From positions 2,488 to 40,922 of the forward strand of contig CAZANK010000001.1 of NCBI GenBank assembly GCA_964486235.1: a stretch of DNA of 38,435 nucleotides. The letters are read 5' to 3'. The position numbers and the translations under genes are program-made. Positions 1 through 9,185 of the stretch are shown in pieces. Every line of letters starts with the position of its first letter. Position 1 is the stretch's first letter. The stretch is from an uncultured Prolixibacteraceae bacterium. Its GTDB lineage: Bacteria > Bacteroidota > Bacteroidia > Bacteroidales > Prolixibacteraceae. Under the pieces are notes generated by a model. It made no database searches and was not told the DNA's origin. It saw only the letters and a list, made by a program, of their open reading frames with translations.

Positions 1-1
1 C

Positions 2-1246
2 AAGCTTTCAATCTATGAACAGCGGCAGAAAATTACACGAGAGTCATTACCCCGGTTGATGACGAAAGAAGGGTATTTTGTCAAAAGCCTGGAACCGGAA
101 GGGCTAAAACATGGGGTATTGGGGCAGGAACAATTTGGGTACCTGGAAGGTGTGACCAATGCCGATGCCGTGGCCCTGCGGGTCGCCGATGATAAAACTG
201 CAAAACACATTTATGATCAGATTGCTGCATATCCGGCAATCCGTCCTTTTGATTTCCTTTTGACCAACGCACCGGGGCTGGATGATACTTACTGGAACTA
301 CGGGAATACAACAGGGAAAGGCATGGAAGGTATTCACGAGTTTGGCTGCTGGGTGAATGGCGGTGCATGGGGCACGGTCGAGGGGCGGGCCCTTTTGATG
401 TATTACCGCTTGGGCAAATTTGAAGACATCTGCCGGTCGACGATAAGAGCCATGAAATGGGCCAAAGATTTCCGTATGGATGCGCCTTTTACCCAACTGG
501 GAGAAAATACCGATAACAACTGGTTCGAAAAAGGCCGATGGCTACACGGCAAAGGAATTGCCGTTATGGTTGACAACTTTGCTATTCCTGCTGCAACCAT
601 TCGTGGTCTGTTCGATTTTGAATACCAGTCAGACAGGCTCATCCTCAGACCCAGGATTCCCGGATCAATCACACGGTATAGTCAAAAACAACCTGTACGG
701 TTTGGTGATAAGAAGATTTTCATTTCTTGTTTGAACGGCGGTCCTAAGGTAGAATCGGTCAAGGTGAACGGAAAAGATAGAAGAGTGGATCGGCGTGACA
801 GAGTGGACCTTCTGTTCGATGAACTTCCGATGAACACGGAAGTTGAGATTACAACAACAGGCGGTTGGCCCCGGGAGAATACAAAACCTGATTATCCGGA
901 TTTACCTGCGCTGGTATCCCAGTCAGGCTCGAAAAAAGAGGAACACGTGGAACTGCCGGGATCACTGCAGGTACCCTATGAAATTCTGCAAAGAATGAGC
1001 GAACTGCTGAAAGACAAAGAAGGGATGGAGTTTGATAAGGCCTTTGTTGAAGCCGCAATTAAATCGGTTCAGGCCTATCGTGAGCGTGTGGCCCTCGACG
1101 CCGGACAGGGGTATTACCGGGACATGACACCCGGGCGCAAAGAAGCTGTCCTGCAATTTTATGAGCAGACGGCACTTTCCATGTACAAGGGTTTTGCAAA
1201 CCGTATGGAGCGATACACGGGGAAAGGCAGTCCGTTGCAAAAGTAA
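2..1246 (+). CDS. C-terminal part of a putative glycoside-hydrolase-like protein; the 5' end lies outside the window
   Basis: The frame is open from nt 2 to the TAA at 1244-1246, with no stop between nt 2 and the first ATG at 56, so the gene probably begins upstream. The segment CWVNGGAWGTVEGRALLMYYRLGKFED looks like an (alpha/alpha)6 six-hairpin glycosidase core. The family cannot be assigned by eye. Confidence 0.55.
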   Translation, partial: KLSIYEQRQKITRESLPRLMTKEGYFVKSLEPEGLKHGVLGQEQFGYLEGVTNADAVALRVADDKTAKHIYDQIAAYPAIRPFDFLLTNAPGLDDTYWNYGNTTGKGMEGIHEFGCWVNGGAWGTVEGRALLMYYRLGKFEDICRSTIRAMKWAKDFRMDAPFTQLGENTDNNWFEKGRWLHGKGIAVMVDNFAIPAATIRGLFDFEYQSDRLILRPRIPGSITRYSQKQPVRFGDKKIFISCLNGGPKVESVKVNGKDRRVDRRDRVDLLFDELPMNTEVEITTTGGWPRENTKPDYPDLPALVSQSGSKKEEHVELPGSLQVPYEILQRMSELLKDKEGMEFDKAFVEAAIKSVQAYRERVALDAGQGYYRDMTPGRKEAVLQFYEQTALSMYKGFANRMERYTGKGSPLQK

Positions 1247-1274
1247 ATGGCTGCTGTATTTAAAGAAATGATAG

Positions 1275-1346
1275 CGGCAGGTCATTCGTGTGATAAAAAT
1301 AATCGGGAAACCGAAAAAAGCTTAAAAGCCGACTAGTGACCTGCCG
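1275..1346. repeat. Perfect 10-bp inverted repeat CGGCAGGTCA (1275-1284) / TGACCTGCCG (1337-1346) with a 52-nt spacer, in the intergenic region upstream of the orphan anti-sigma gene
   Basis: Read directly from the sequence; the arms are exact reverse complements. Function is unknown (RNA structure, operator or rearrangement scar). Confidence 0.6.
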
Positions 1347-1416
1347 GCAAAAGTCGTTATAATAATCAGATGTTGGCAAATGGGATGCTTTATTCATCGG
1401 TTAAACAGAAAGGTTT

Positions 1417-2367
1417 ATGGAACAAAAACTACTTATGCGTTATATTTCGGGCGATGCCACTGAAGTTGAAAAAGCAGATGTCGCGAAATGGTTGAATGCT
1501 GATCCGGTAAATATGCGCGAGTTTCTGAAGCTTCGCGAACTGCATGATATCATGATATGGCAACAGCCCCCCCCGGGCGGCTCCGGCAGGATCCCCGCAA
1601 AGAGAAAAGCCGGGGCATTGACACGGAAAATCCTGGTTGAAACATTAAAAGTTGCGGCTATTCTGGTGGTTGCATTGTTTATAGTCAAATATTTCTTTTC
1701 TGGTCCCGTCGATTACGAGAAGGTTGACATGCATACCATTACCGTGCCTTCCGGACAACACGCAGAGTTAACGTTATCTGACGGTACCAGGGTGTGGTTA
1801 AATAGCAATACTACATTCGCCTTTCCCGGGCATTTCACGGCAAATACCCGGGAGGTGAAGCTCGATGGTGAAGGCTATTTTGATGTGGCAAAAAATGAGG
1901 CACAACCCTTTGTTGTTCATTCCGGACGATACGATGTCAAAGTACTGGGTACAGAATTCAACGTGACTTCTTATGCAGCGAACCGTGAGTTTGAGACCTC
2001 TCTTTTAAGCGGTTCTGTTGAACTGCGAAAGGAAGGGAGTGCTGAAGTTCTTGTGCTTCGTCCGAATGAACGGGCGTATGTGCGGAATGACCAACTTATC
2101 CGGGGAGCAATTACCGACTACAATCAATTTCAGTGGAAAGAAGGGATAATTAGCTTTAGTGACGAGTCTTTCCCGGAAATTATTCGAAGGCTTGAGCTTT
2201 ATTACGATCTGGATATCGTCATAAAAAACGAAAATACGTTAAGCTATCGTTGCACCGGAAAATTCCGAACCAAAGACGGAATTGAGCATATCTTAAAAGT
2301 CCTTCAAATGGATAACGAATTCTGCTACAAAACAGACGAGCAGTCTAATACGATCACCATTGAATAA
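1417..2367 (+). CDS. FecR-family anti-sigma factor (transmembrane sensor)
   Basis: N-terminal anti-sigma segment ISGDATEVEKADVAKWLNADPVNMREF. Single TM helix VAAILVVALFIVKYFF. FecR core motifs LSDGTRVWLNSNTTFAFP, VKLDGEGYFDVAKNEAQPFVV and VKVLGTEFNVTSY. C-terminal DUF4974-like ISFSDESFPEIIRRLELYYDLDIV. Confidence 0.88.
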   Translation: MEQKLLMRYISGDATEVEKADVAKWLNADPVNMREFLKLRELHDIMIWQQPPPGGSGRIPAKRKAGALTRKILVETLKVAAILVVALFIVKYFFSGPVDYEKVDMHTITVPSGQHAELTLSDGTRVWLNSNTTFAFPGHFTANTREVKLDGEGYFDVAKNEAQPFVVHSGRYDVKVLGTEFNVTSYAANREFETSLLSGSVELRKEGSAEVLVLRPNERAYVRNDQLIRGAITDYNQFQWKEGIISFSDESFPEIIRRLELYYDLDIVIKNENTLSYRCTGKFRTKDGIEHILKVLQMDNEFCYKTDEQSNTITIE

Positions 2368-2441
2368 GTTTGCAAATAGAATGAACGAGCTAACCCATTT
2401 ATTAACCCAAGTGAATAACCTATGACCTGAAATCGTAAAAA

Positions 2442-2471
2442 AACCGGTCAGCGCGCCAACGCTTTCCGGTT
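2442..2471 (+). promoter_or_regulatory. Compound stem-loop AACCGG-tc-AGCG-cgccaa-CGCT-tt-CCGGTT between the anti-sigma and SusC-like genes
   Basis: Arms are exact complements (6 bp plus 4 bp). It is preceded by an A7 run. The same AACCGG/CCGGTT theme recurs at 15756-15776 and 18078-18109. Confidence 0.4.
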
Positions 2472-2533
2472 AAATGTCAATACCTGACTCACTTATCAAA
2501 TAACTCAAGTATCAACCAACGAATTACAAATGT

Positions 2534-5500
2534 ATGAAAATTTATTTATTACGAGGATGCAATGCCTCAACTAAACGACTGATTAGAAAGATGAAATTGA
2601 CCTGCTTCATTCTTTTTGTCTTTGCTTCAGGACTTTTTGCGACCAATGCTGAATCGCAGGTCGCAAAAGTCTCCATCGATCTAAAAAACGGGACAGTCGC
2701 GGAAGTGATCGACCAAATTGAAAAGCAAACCGGTTATCTTTTTGTCTACAATGCCACGAAGGTTGATCTCTTGCGGGAACTCACCATTTCTGCCAGGAGA
2801 AAAACTGTAACGGACATACTATCTGCCGTTTTTGAAGGAAGCGATGTCACTTATGTTGTGGAAGGTTCAAACATCCTGCTCAGATGCCGGGCCAGCGAAC
2901 CGCCCCAGGAAAACAGGATTACGGGCAAAGTGACCGACAAGGACAAAAAGCCACTCCCGGGAGTGACCATTATCATCGTCGGTTCTACCCGAGGCGTAAT
3001 TACCGCCCCTGACGGGACTTTTTCGATCGAAGCCAGTCCTTCCGATAAACTGGTTTTTTCGTTCGTAGGAATGGAAAGCCAGATCGTTGATGTGGGCAAT
3101 CAGAAAACCATCAACATCATCATGTCTGAAAAGATTGATGAATTGTCGGAGGTCACGATCGTCGCTTTCGGAAAACAGAAGAAAGAGAGTGTGATCTCTT
3201 CTATTTCGACCATCAATGCCGAAGAACTTAAAGTCCCTTCCAGCAATTTAACAACTTCCTTTGCAGGACGTATTTCCGGAATTATTTCGTACCAGCGCAG
3301 CGGCGAACCGGGAAAAGATGACGCCGAATTTTTTGTACGTGGTGTAACGACCTTTGGAACAGGAAAAGCAGATCCCTTGATCCTGATCGACGGGGTGGAG
3401 ATGAGTTCTTCCGATCTGGCTCATTTGACACCCGACGATATTGGCAGTTTTTCCATTATGAAAGATGCCAATGCCACAGCGTTGTATGGCGCACGAGGTG
3501 CCAATGGTGTGATCCTGGTGAATACGAAGGAAGGCGTTGAAGGTAAAACGAGACTTTCGTTCAGAGCAGAAACCTCGCTTTCAAGCCCCACTAAAATGGT
3601 CGATATAGCCGATCCTTTAACATTCATGCAGTTGCGGAACAAAGCGGTTCGCGCAAGAAATCCGCTGGCAGCGCTTCCTTATACAAAGGAAAGGATCGAT
3701 ATAACCGAAAAAGGAACCGAACCGTTGCTATATCCCCAGGTCGATTGGTATGGCATGATGTTCCGGGACAACACAATCAATGAGCGGTATAACCTAAACA
3801 TAAGCGGTGGCGGTAAAATGGCCCGGTACTATGTTGCCGGGGCATACAGCATTGACAGGGGAATCCTGAAAAATGACAAAGCCAATCATTTTGAAAATAA
3901 TATCAACGTGAAGCGGTATTCGCTCCGTTCAAATATTAATATGAAATTTACGCCGACCACCGATGCCGTGATCCGTTTGCATGGAGATATGGACAAGCGG
4001 GTTGGTCCGCAGCAGGATGGCGCCGATTATTTTAATCAGGCACGGAATGTTTCCCCGGTCGATTTCCCTGCTTATTTTCCTAAGGATCCTGACGATCCGA
4101 GAACATATTATGTCAATCATATCCTTTTTGGAAGCGATCCACAGATGGAACTGGTCAACCCCTATGCGAATATGGTGAAAGGGTTCAGGGAATCAAGTTC
4201 TTCCATCATGCTGGCCCAGATTGAGCTTTCTCAGAAGTTCGACTTTATCACGACGGGCTTGTCTGCTAGGACACTTTTTAACATCAACCGGCAATCGCAC
4301 TATAATTTTTCCAGGTCGACAACCCCTTTTTTGTACGCGATGTCAAAGAATATTGTTACCGGTAAAAACGAACTGACAAATCTAAATCCTAAACTGGGGA
4401 AGTCATTTTTGGAATATTTTCCGGGGGGTAGCACAGTCTCATCATCGATGTATTCGGAGACCGCGTTGATGTACAACCGTCTTTTTGCTGAAAAGCATGA
4501 TGTTTCCGGTATTTTCGTTTTTACCGCCCGGGATACCCAGTATGGAAATGCGGATAATTTGATCGGGTCCCTGCCTTTCCGGAACCTGACATTCGCCAGC
4601 AGGTTAACGTACGGGTACGACGGCAGATATTTTGCTGAAGCCAACTTCGGCTACTGGGGGTCTGAGCGTTTCGAGAAAAAAGAACGTTGGGGGTTTTTCC
4701 CTTCCGCCGGACTGGGGTGGATGGTCAGCAGGGAAAATTTCATGAAGCGCTACGAAAAGACCATTACCAAGCTGAAACTTAAAGGTACCTATGGACTGAC
4801 AGGGAATGACCAGATCGGTGATACAAACGACCGGTTCTTTTATATGTCGAGAGTAAATATGAATGACGGGAACAGAGCTTCCCAATTCGGGACTGATTTG
4901 GGGTATGCCCTGCCTGGAATCTCCTTTACCCGTTATGCCGATCCGAATATCACCTGGGAAATTTCAAGAAAATTAAATCTTGGGGTTGAATTGGGCATTT
5001 TCAATGATGTCGACATTCAGTTCGATTATTTCAGGGAACGGCGGAGCAATATTTTGCAATATCGTTCGGATATTCCTTCAACGATGGGGCTACAGTCTAT
5101 TCCCAGTTCCAATATCGGCGAAGCCAAATCGCACGGCGTGGAATTATCGGTCGATTATAAACACTTTTTTAGCGAAGACTTCTGGGTCAATGGCCGGGGA
5201 ACATTCACGTATGCAACCAACGCGTATTCCAGGTATGAAGAACCCGATTATTCGACGCGGAATGTCAAGTGGCTGTCTCATTTGGGCAGGTCGTTGAGTC
5301 AGCCCTATGGATGGGTGGCCGAACGGTTGTTTATTGACGAAGAAGATGTGCGGAATGCTCCGGAACAGACATTCGGCACCTACGGTCCCGGCGATATTAA
5401 ATACAAAGACATTAACAGCGACGGTATCATATCCTCTCTGGACCAGGTGCCGATCGGATTGCCAACCACCCCTGAAATCATCTATGGCTTTGGATTTTCG

Positions 5501-5950
5501 ATTGGCGTTCATCATTTTGATTTTTCCTGCTTTTTTCAGGGCTCCGGTAATTCATCCTTTTTCATCGACCCCAGGGCCACAGCGCCTTTTGCCGGCGGGA
5601 CAAGGGCTATTTTAAAGGCTTATGCAGACGATCACTGGTCGGAAGAGAACCAGTATCCCTATGCCCTATGGCCCCGGTTGTCTCCTGAAATCCTTGAAAA
5701 CAATTCGATTACCAGTACATGGTGGTTGCGTGACGGACGGTTCCTTCGACTGAAATCGGCCGAGTTTGGTTATTCCTTATCTAACAGGCTCACGAAAAGC
5801 CTGAAATTGAGGAATACCCGTATCTATGTTTCGGGAACGAATTTATTTTTGATTTCTTCCTTTAAACTCTGGGATGTGGAAATGGCCGGAAACGGTCTGG
5901 GATACCCATTGCAAAGGGTGATCAATGTAGGATTGAAACTTGACTTTTAA
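2534..5950 (+). CDS. SusC/RagA-family TonB-dependent receptor with an N-terminal STN signalling domain (TonB-dependent transducer)
   Basis: Signal peptide MKLTCFILFVFASGLFATNAESQ, so an alternative start at 2591 is possible. STN-like VSIDLKNGTVAEVIDQIEKQTGYLFVYN. Carboxypeptidase-regulatory-like ITGKVTDKDKKPLPGVTIIIVGSTRGVITAPDGTFSI. Plug region VTIVAFGKQKKESVISSIS. C-terminal barrel strand ending in F (VGLKLDF). About 1100 aa. Confidence 0.93.
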   Translation: MKIYLLRGCNASTKRLIRKMKLTCFILFVFASGLFATNAESQVAKVSIDLKNGTVAEVIDQIEKQTGYLFVYNATKVDLLRELTISARRKTVTDILSAVFEGSDVTYVVEGSNILLRCRASEPPQENRITGKVTDKDKKPLPGVTIIIVGSTRGVITAPDGTFSIEASPSDKLVFSFVGMESQIVDVGNQKTINIIMSEKIDELSEVTIVAFGKQKKESVISSISTINAEELKVPSSNLTTSFAGRISGIISYQRSGEPGKDDAEFFVRGVTTFGTGKADPLILIDGVEMSSSDLAHLTPDDIGSFSIMKDANATALYGARGANGVILVNTKEGVEGKTRLSFRAETSLSSPTKMVDIADPLTFMQLRNKAVRARNPLAALPYTKERIDITEKGTEPLLYPQVDWYGMMFRDNTINERYNLNISGGGKMARYYVAGAYSIDRGILKNDKANHFENNINVKRYSLRSNINMKFTPTTDAVIRLHGDMDKRVGPQQDGADYFNQARNVSPVDFPAYFPKDPDDPRTYYVNHILFGSDPQMELVNPYANMVKGFRESSSSIMLAQIELSQKFDFITTGLSARTLFNINRQSHYNFSRSTTPFLYAMSKNIVTGKNELTNLNPKLGKSFLEYFPGGSTVSSSMYSETALMYNRLFAEKHDVSGIFVFTARDTQYGNADNLIGSLPFRNLTFASRLTYGYDGRYFAEANFGYWGSERFEKKERWGFFPSAGLGWMVSRENFMKRYEKTITKLKLKGTYGLTGNDQIGDTNDRFFYMSRVNMNDGNRASQFGTDLGYALPGISFTRYADPNITWEISRKLNLGVELGIFNDVDIQFDYFRERRSNILQYRSDIPSTMGLQSIPSSNIGEAKSHGVELSVDYKHFFSEDFWVNGRGTFTYATNAYSRYEEPDYSTRNVKWLSHLGRSLSQPYGWVAERLFIDEEDVRNAPEQTFGTYGPGDIKYKDINSDGIISSLDQVPIGLPTTPEIIYGFGFSIGVHHFDFSCFFQGSGNSSFFIDPRATAPFAGGTRAILKAYADDHWSEENQYPYALWPRLSPEILENNSITSTWWLRDGRFLRLKSAEFGYSLSNRLTKSLKLRNTRIYVSGTNLFLISSFKLWDVEMAGNGLGYPLQRVINVGLKLDF

Positions 5951-5968
5951 ACTATTAATTTGTTAATT

Positions 5969-7906
5969 ATGAGAATGTTAAATAAATTTTCGATCATTCC
6001 GATCATTTTGGTGTTGCTTTGCGGTTGTTCGGATTTTCTCGATATTATACCTGACGATGTGGCTACCGTTGAAACCGCTTTTGAAAACCGGCAAAACGCT
6101 GAAAGCTTTCTGTTCACCTGTTATAGTTACCTGCCCGATCCATCCGATCCGTGGACTTATCCCGCCTACTCCATTGATGAATTCTACATGCATTCTCCGG
6201 AAAAGTTGTCTTTGGGTCCTGCCCAGGAAATGTATAAGATCATTGACGGGAATCAAAGTGTTAGTCAAACGTACCTGGACTTCTGGGGCGGAACAGGAGG
6301 CAAGGCCGTTAAAAACTTATTTCAGGGTATTCGCGACTGTAATATTTTTCTTGAAAATATCGATAACCCAAAGGATATGCAGTCTGAAACGGAACGCAAA
6401 AGATGGATTGCTGAGGTGAAGTTCCTCAAGGCTTATTTGCATTTTTTTATGATGCAGGTCTATGGCCCTGTCCCGGTTATTAAAGAAAATATCCCGATTT
6501 CTGCGGGTATTGATGAAGTCCGGGTATTTCGCGAACCAGTCGATAGCGTGGCCGCGTATGTTGTTCAATTATTGGATGAGGCTATCCCTGACCTGCCCGA
6601 AGAGATCGCGGATGTCAAAAATGAATTCCGGAGAGTTACAAAACCGATAGCCCTGGCTGTAAAAGCAAAAGTATTGACCACAGTTGCTAGTCCGCTATAC
6701 AACGGAGGTGTTTCTGATTATTCCGGTTATACCGATAGCAAGGGAACTCAGTTGATCTCGGCCACCTATGATCCTCAAAAGTGGATTCGCGCAGCAGATG
6801 CGATACAGGAAGCGATCAACGTGTGCGAAAACAACGGGAACCGGCTCATGGACACCACCGACATTAACTTAACTAACGAATTTTCGACGCGAATGAAATA
6901 TAAGATCACGCTACGGGATATGATCAGTAAGGACGGAAGCCAGGGGCTGGCTGATAATCCCGAGGTGATCTGGGCAATTAATCAAGGGACCAATTCCGGG
7001 CGAAAGGGGAATTACGATACCGATTATTATTATGGTTGTATTGAATACCTGTGCTACCCGGGAGGCAGTCACTGGGCTGGCTATTTCGGCGCAACGATGA
7101 ATACGGTTAAGCTGTTTTATACGGATAAAGGAATACCCATTAAGGAAGATCCGGATTGGCTGGGAATAGATTACAGCGAAGTAGTGACGATACCCGCAAG
7201 TTCGAAGGATTATCTTCCTTCAGGAGAAGCAACGGCGAGGTTTAATTTAAACCGCGAACCCCGATTTTATGCCCATCTGGGATTTAACAGGAGTTACGTG
7301 ACAATGAAGCATTATGAAACAACGCCATATATCAACCGAAGCCTGGGAAACGAGATACTGGGTAAAAAGAATTTTACCGGCTATAATGCCATTAAGCTTA
7401 CAAGTTATACGGCTTCAGGATTATTCGGCGAGTACTTTAATCCGGCCAATTACCAGTTCCCGTTAATCCGGATGGCCGATTTGTACTTGTTATATGCCGA
7501 AGCGCTGAATGAGGTTAAAGCGGCGCCCGACGGCGAGGTTTACCAGTTCGTGGACAAAGTGCGGAACAGAGCTGGATTGAAAGGGGTGGTTGAAACATGG
7601 CAACAGTCCGTCAATCCAAATAGACCGTCAACGAAAGAGGGAATGAGGGAAATAATCCGGACAGAAAGGCAAATTGAGCTGATGTACGAGGGACAGCGGT
7701 TTTTCGATCTAAGAAGATGGTACATTGCCGAAGCCTATTTGAACGGCCCGGTTACCGGCTGGCAGGTATTTGGCACGACGCCGGAAAACTATTATAAAGA
7801 AACGACTTTGTTTACCAGGAGCTATAAACTCCGGGATTATTTCTGGCCAATACGGGAATACGATCTGCTGGTGAATCCCAATCTCGTTCAGTCGTATGGA
7901 TGGTAA
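5969..7906 (+). CDS. SusD/RagB-family nutrient-binding outer-membrane lipoprotein
   Basis: Lies immediately downstream of the SusC-like gene. Lipobox LLCGCSD. SusD motifs FPLIRMADLYLLYAEALNE, ERQIELMYEGQRFFDLRRW and WPIREYDLLVNPNLVQSYGW. The ORF-track start at 5960 is a TTG; ATG 5969 is preferred. Confidence 0.92.
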   Translation: MRMLNKFSIIPIILVLLCGCSDFLDIIPDDVATVETAFENRQNAESFLFTCYSYLPDPSDPWTYPAYSIDEFYMHSPEKLSLGPAQEMYKIIDGNQSVSQTYLDFWGGTGGKAVKNLFQGIRDCNIFLENIDNPKDMQSETERKRWIAEVKFLKAYLHFFMMQVYGPVPVIKENIPISAGIDEVRVFREPVDSVAAYVVQLLDEAIPDLPEEIADVKNEFRRVTKPIALAVKAKVLTTVASPLYNGGVSDYSGYTDSKGTQLISATYDPQKWIRAADAIQEAINVCENNGNRLMDTTDINLTNEFSTRMKYKITLRDMISKDGSQGLADNPEVIWAINQGTNSGRKGNYDTDYYYGCIEYLCYPGGSHWAGYFGATMNTVKLFYTDKGIPIKEDPDWLGIDYSEVVTIPASSKDYLPSGEATARFNLNREPRFYAHLGFNRSYVTMKHYETTPYINRSLGNEILGKKNFTGYNAIKLTSYTASGLFGEYFNPANYQFPLIRMADLYLLYAEALNEVKAAPDGEVYQFVDKVRNRAGLKGVVETWQQSVNPNRPSTKEGMREIIRTERQIELMYEGQRFFDLRRWYIAEAYLNGPVTGWQVFGTTPENYYKETTLFTRSYKLRDYFWPIREYDLLVNPNLVQSYGW

Positions 7907-7932
7907 CTATAAAAAACTAAACTTTTAACAAG

Positions 7933-9165
7933 ATGAAACGAATCACTTCATATATTTTGTTGGGAATTTTCTCCCTCTTGCTGGTACAATGTAAAGAATC
8001 GCCTTTCGGACAAACGGCGGTCGATGATGTAAGCCCCGGTAAGGCAATGGTAACCGATGTGACTGCTATTCCGGGAGGTGCTGTTATTACCTATAACGCT
8101 CCTGCGGATGATGATCTGTTGTACGTTAAGGCAGAATATCCACGAAATGGGAAAATTGCCTCCACGCTTTCTTCGAGCCAGGTGAATACGCTGAAAATTG
8201 AAGGTTTACCTCCTTTCACAGAAAGCATGGAAGTGAAACTGATAGCCGTCGACGCAAGCAGGAATGAATCAGTGCCGGAACTGGTAACGATCAACCCGCT
8301 CGAATCTCCGCTTATCAGTGTTTTGAATTCATTTGATCCACATGCCGATTTTGGCGGGTTCAGCGCCCGTTGGGAAAATCCAACTGCTACAGAGATCGGA
8401 ATTACAGTTCTTTACGACACCTTGCAATCTGGTGCCTATAAAGAAGCCATAACCTTTTATTCTGAGACAGTTGCCGACAGCACGTTATTCGGGCCGTTCA
8501 AGGATAAACACACTTTATTTAAGGTTTACCTGACGGACAAATGGGGAAACCAGTCGCCTGAAAAAGAGTTTGAATTAACTCCTTATTATGAAAGATTGCT
8601 GGATGGCAATAAATTCAAGTTGGTCGGGATTATAACAGACCATACTGTTCCATATTTAGGTCATTTCCCGGATTGGCATGCATTGTTTGACGGACAAACA
8701 CACAATGAAGGATTTATTTCTGACCCAAAAGAAGATGGTTTCCCCATCGTCATGACTTTTGATTTGGGGAAAAAAGTAAAACTATCCAAATACAGGATTT
8801 TTCAAAGGACGCAATACGATGCTGCATTTATTCATTGGAACCTGAAAGATTATGAGTTTTGGGGAACCGGTGAAATCGATGAATCAACTTTTGCAGACTC
8901 GACTTATTGGTCTAACGCGGAAGATGCGCCATGGAAAAACGACTGGGTGCAACTGACGAATTCCCATGTTTATAAGCCATCGGGAGATGATAATCCGGTA
9001 TCTGCCGAAGATGTTGCTGCTGCTCTGGCAGGATATTCTGAAAAGTTCAAGGCTTCCGACCCTTCGGTCAGGTACTTACGGCTTGTAGGAAAGTCAACTT
9101 ATGCCGGATGGCCATGTTGGCAAATTGCCGAGTTAATGATATGGGGGGATGATAAAAATTTTTAA
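7933..9165 (+). CDS. PUL accessory surface lipoprotein, DUF4959/DUF5126/DUF5000-like, with a galactose-binding-like C-terminal domain
   Basis: Lipobox LLLVQCKE. The N-terminal segment VTDVTAIPGGAVITYNAPADDDLLYVKAEY...KLIAVDASRNES is typical of DUF4959. The C-terminal part (YRIFQRTQYD...RYLRLVGKSTYAGWPCWQIAELMIWG) resembles F5/8-type-C-like DUF5000. Confidence 0.75.
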   Translation: MKRITSYILLGIFSLLLVQCKESPFGQTAVDDVSPGKAMVTDVTAIPGGAVITYNAPADDDLLYVKAEYPRNGKIASTLSSSQVNTLKIEGLPPFTESMEVKLIAVDASRNESVPELVTINPLESPLISVLNSFDPHADFGGFSARWENPTATEIGITVLYDTLQSGAYKEAITFYSETVADSTLFGPFKDKHTLFKVYLTDKWGNQSPEKEFELTPYYERLLDGNKFKLVGIITDHTVPYLGHFPDWHALFDGQTHNEGFISDPKEDGFPIVMTFDLGKKVKLSKYRIFQRTQYDAAFIHWNLKDYEFWGTGEIDESTFADSTYWSNAEDAPWKNDWVQLTNSHVYKPSGDDNPVSAEDVAAALAGYSEKFKASDPSVRYLRLVGKSTYAGWPCWQIAELMIWGDDKNF

Positions 9166-9185
9166 TAATGACAAAGCGTTAAATT

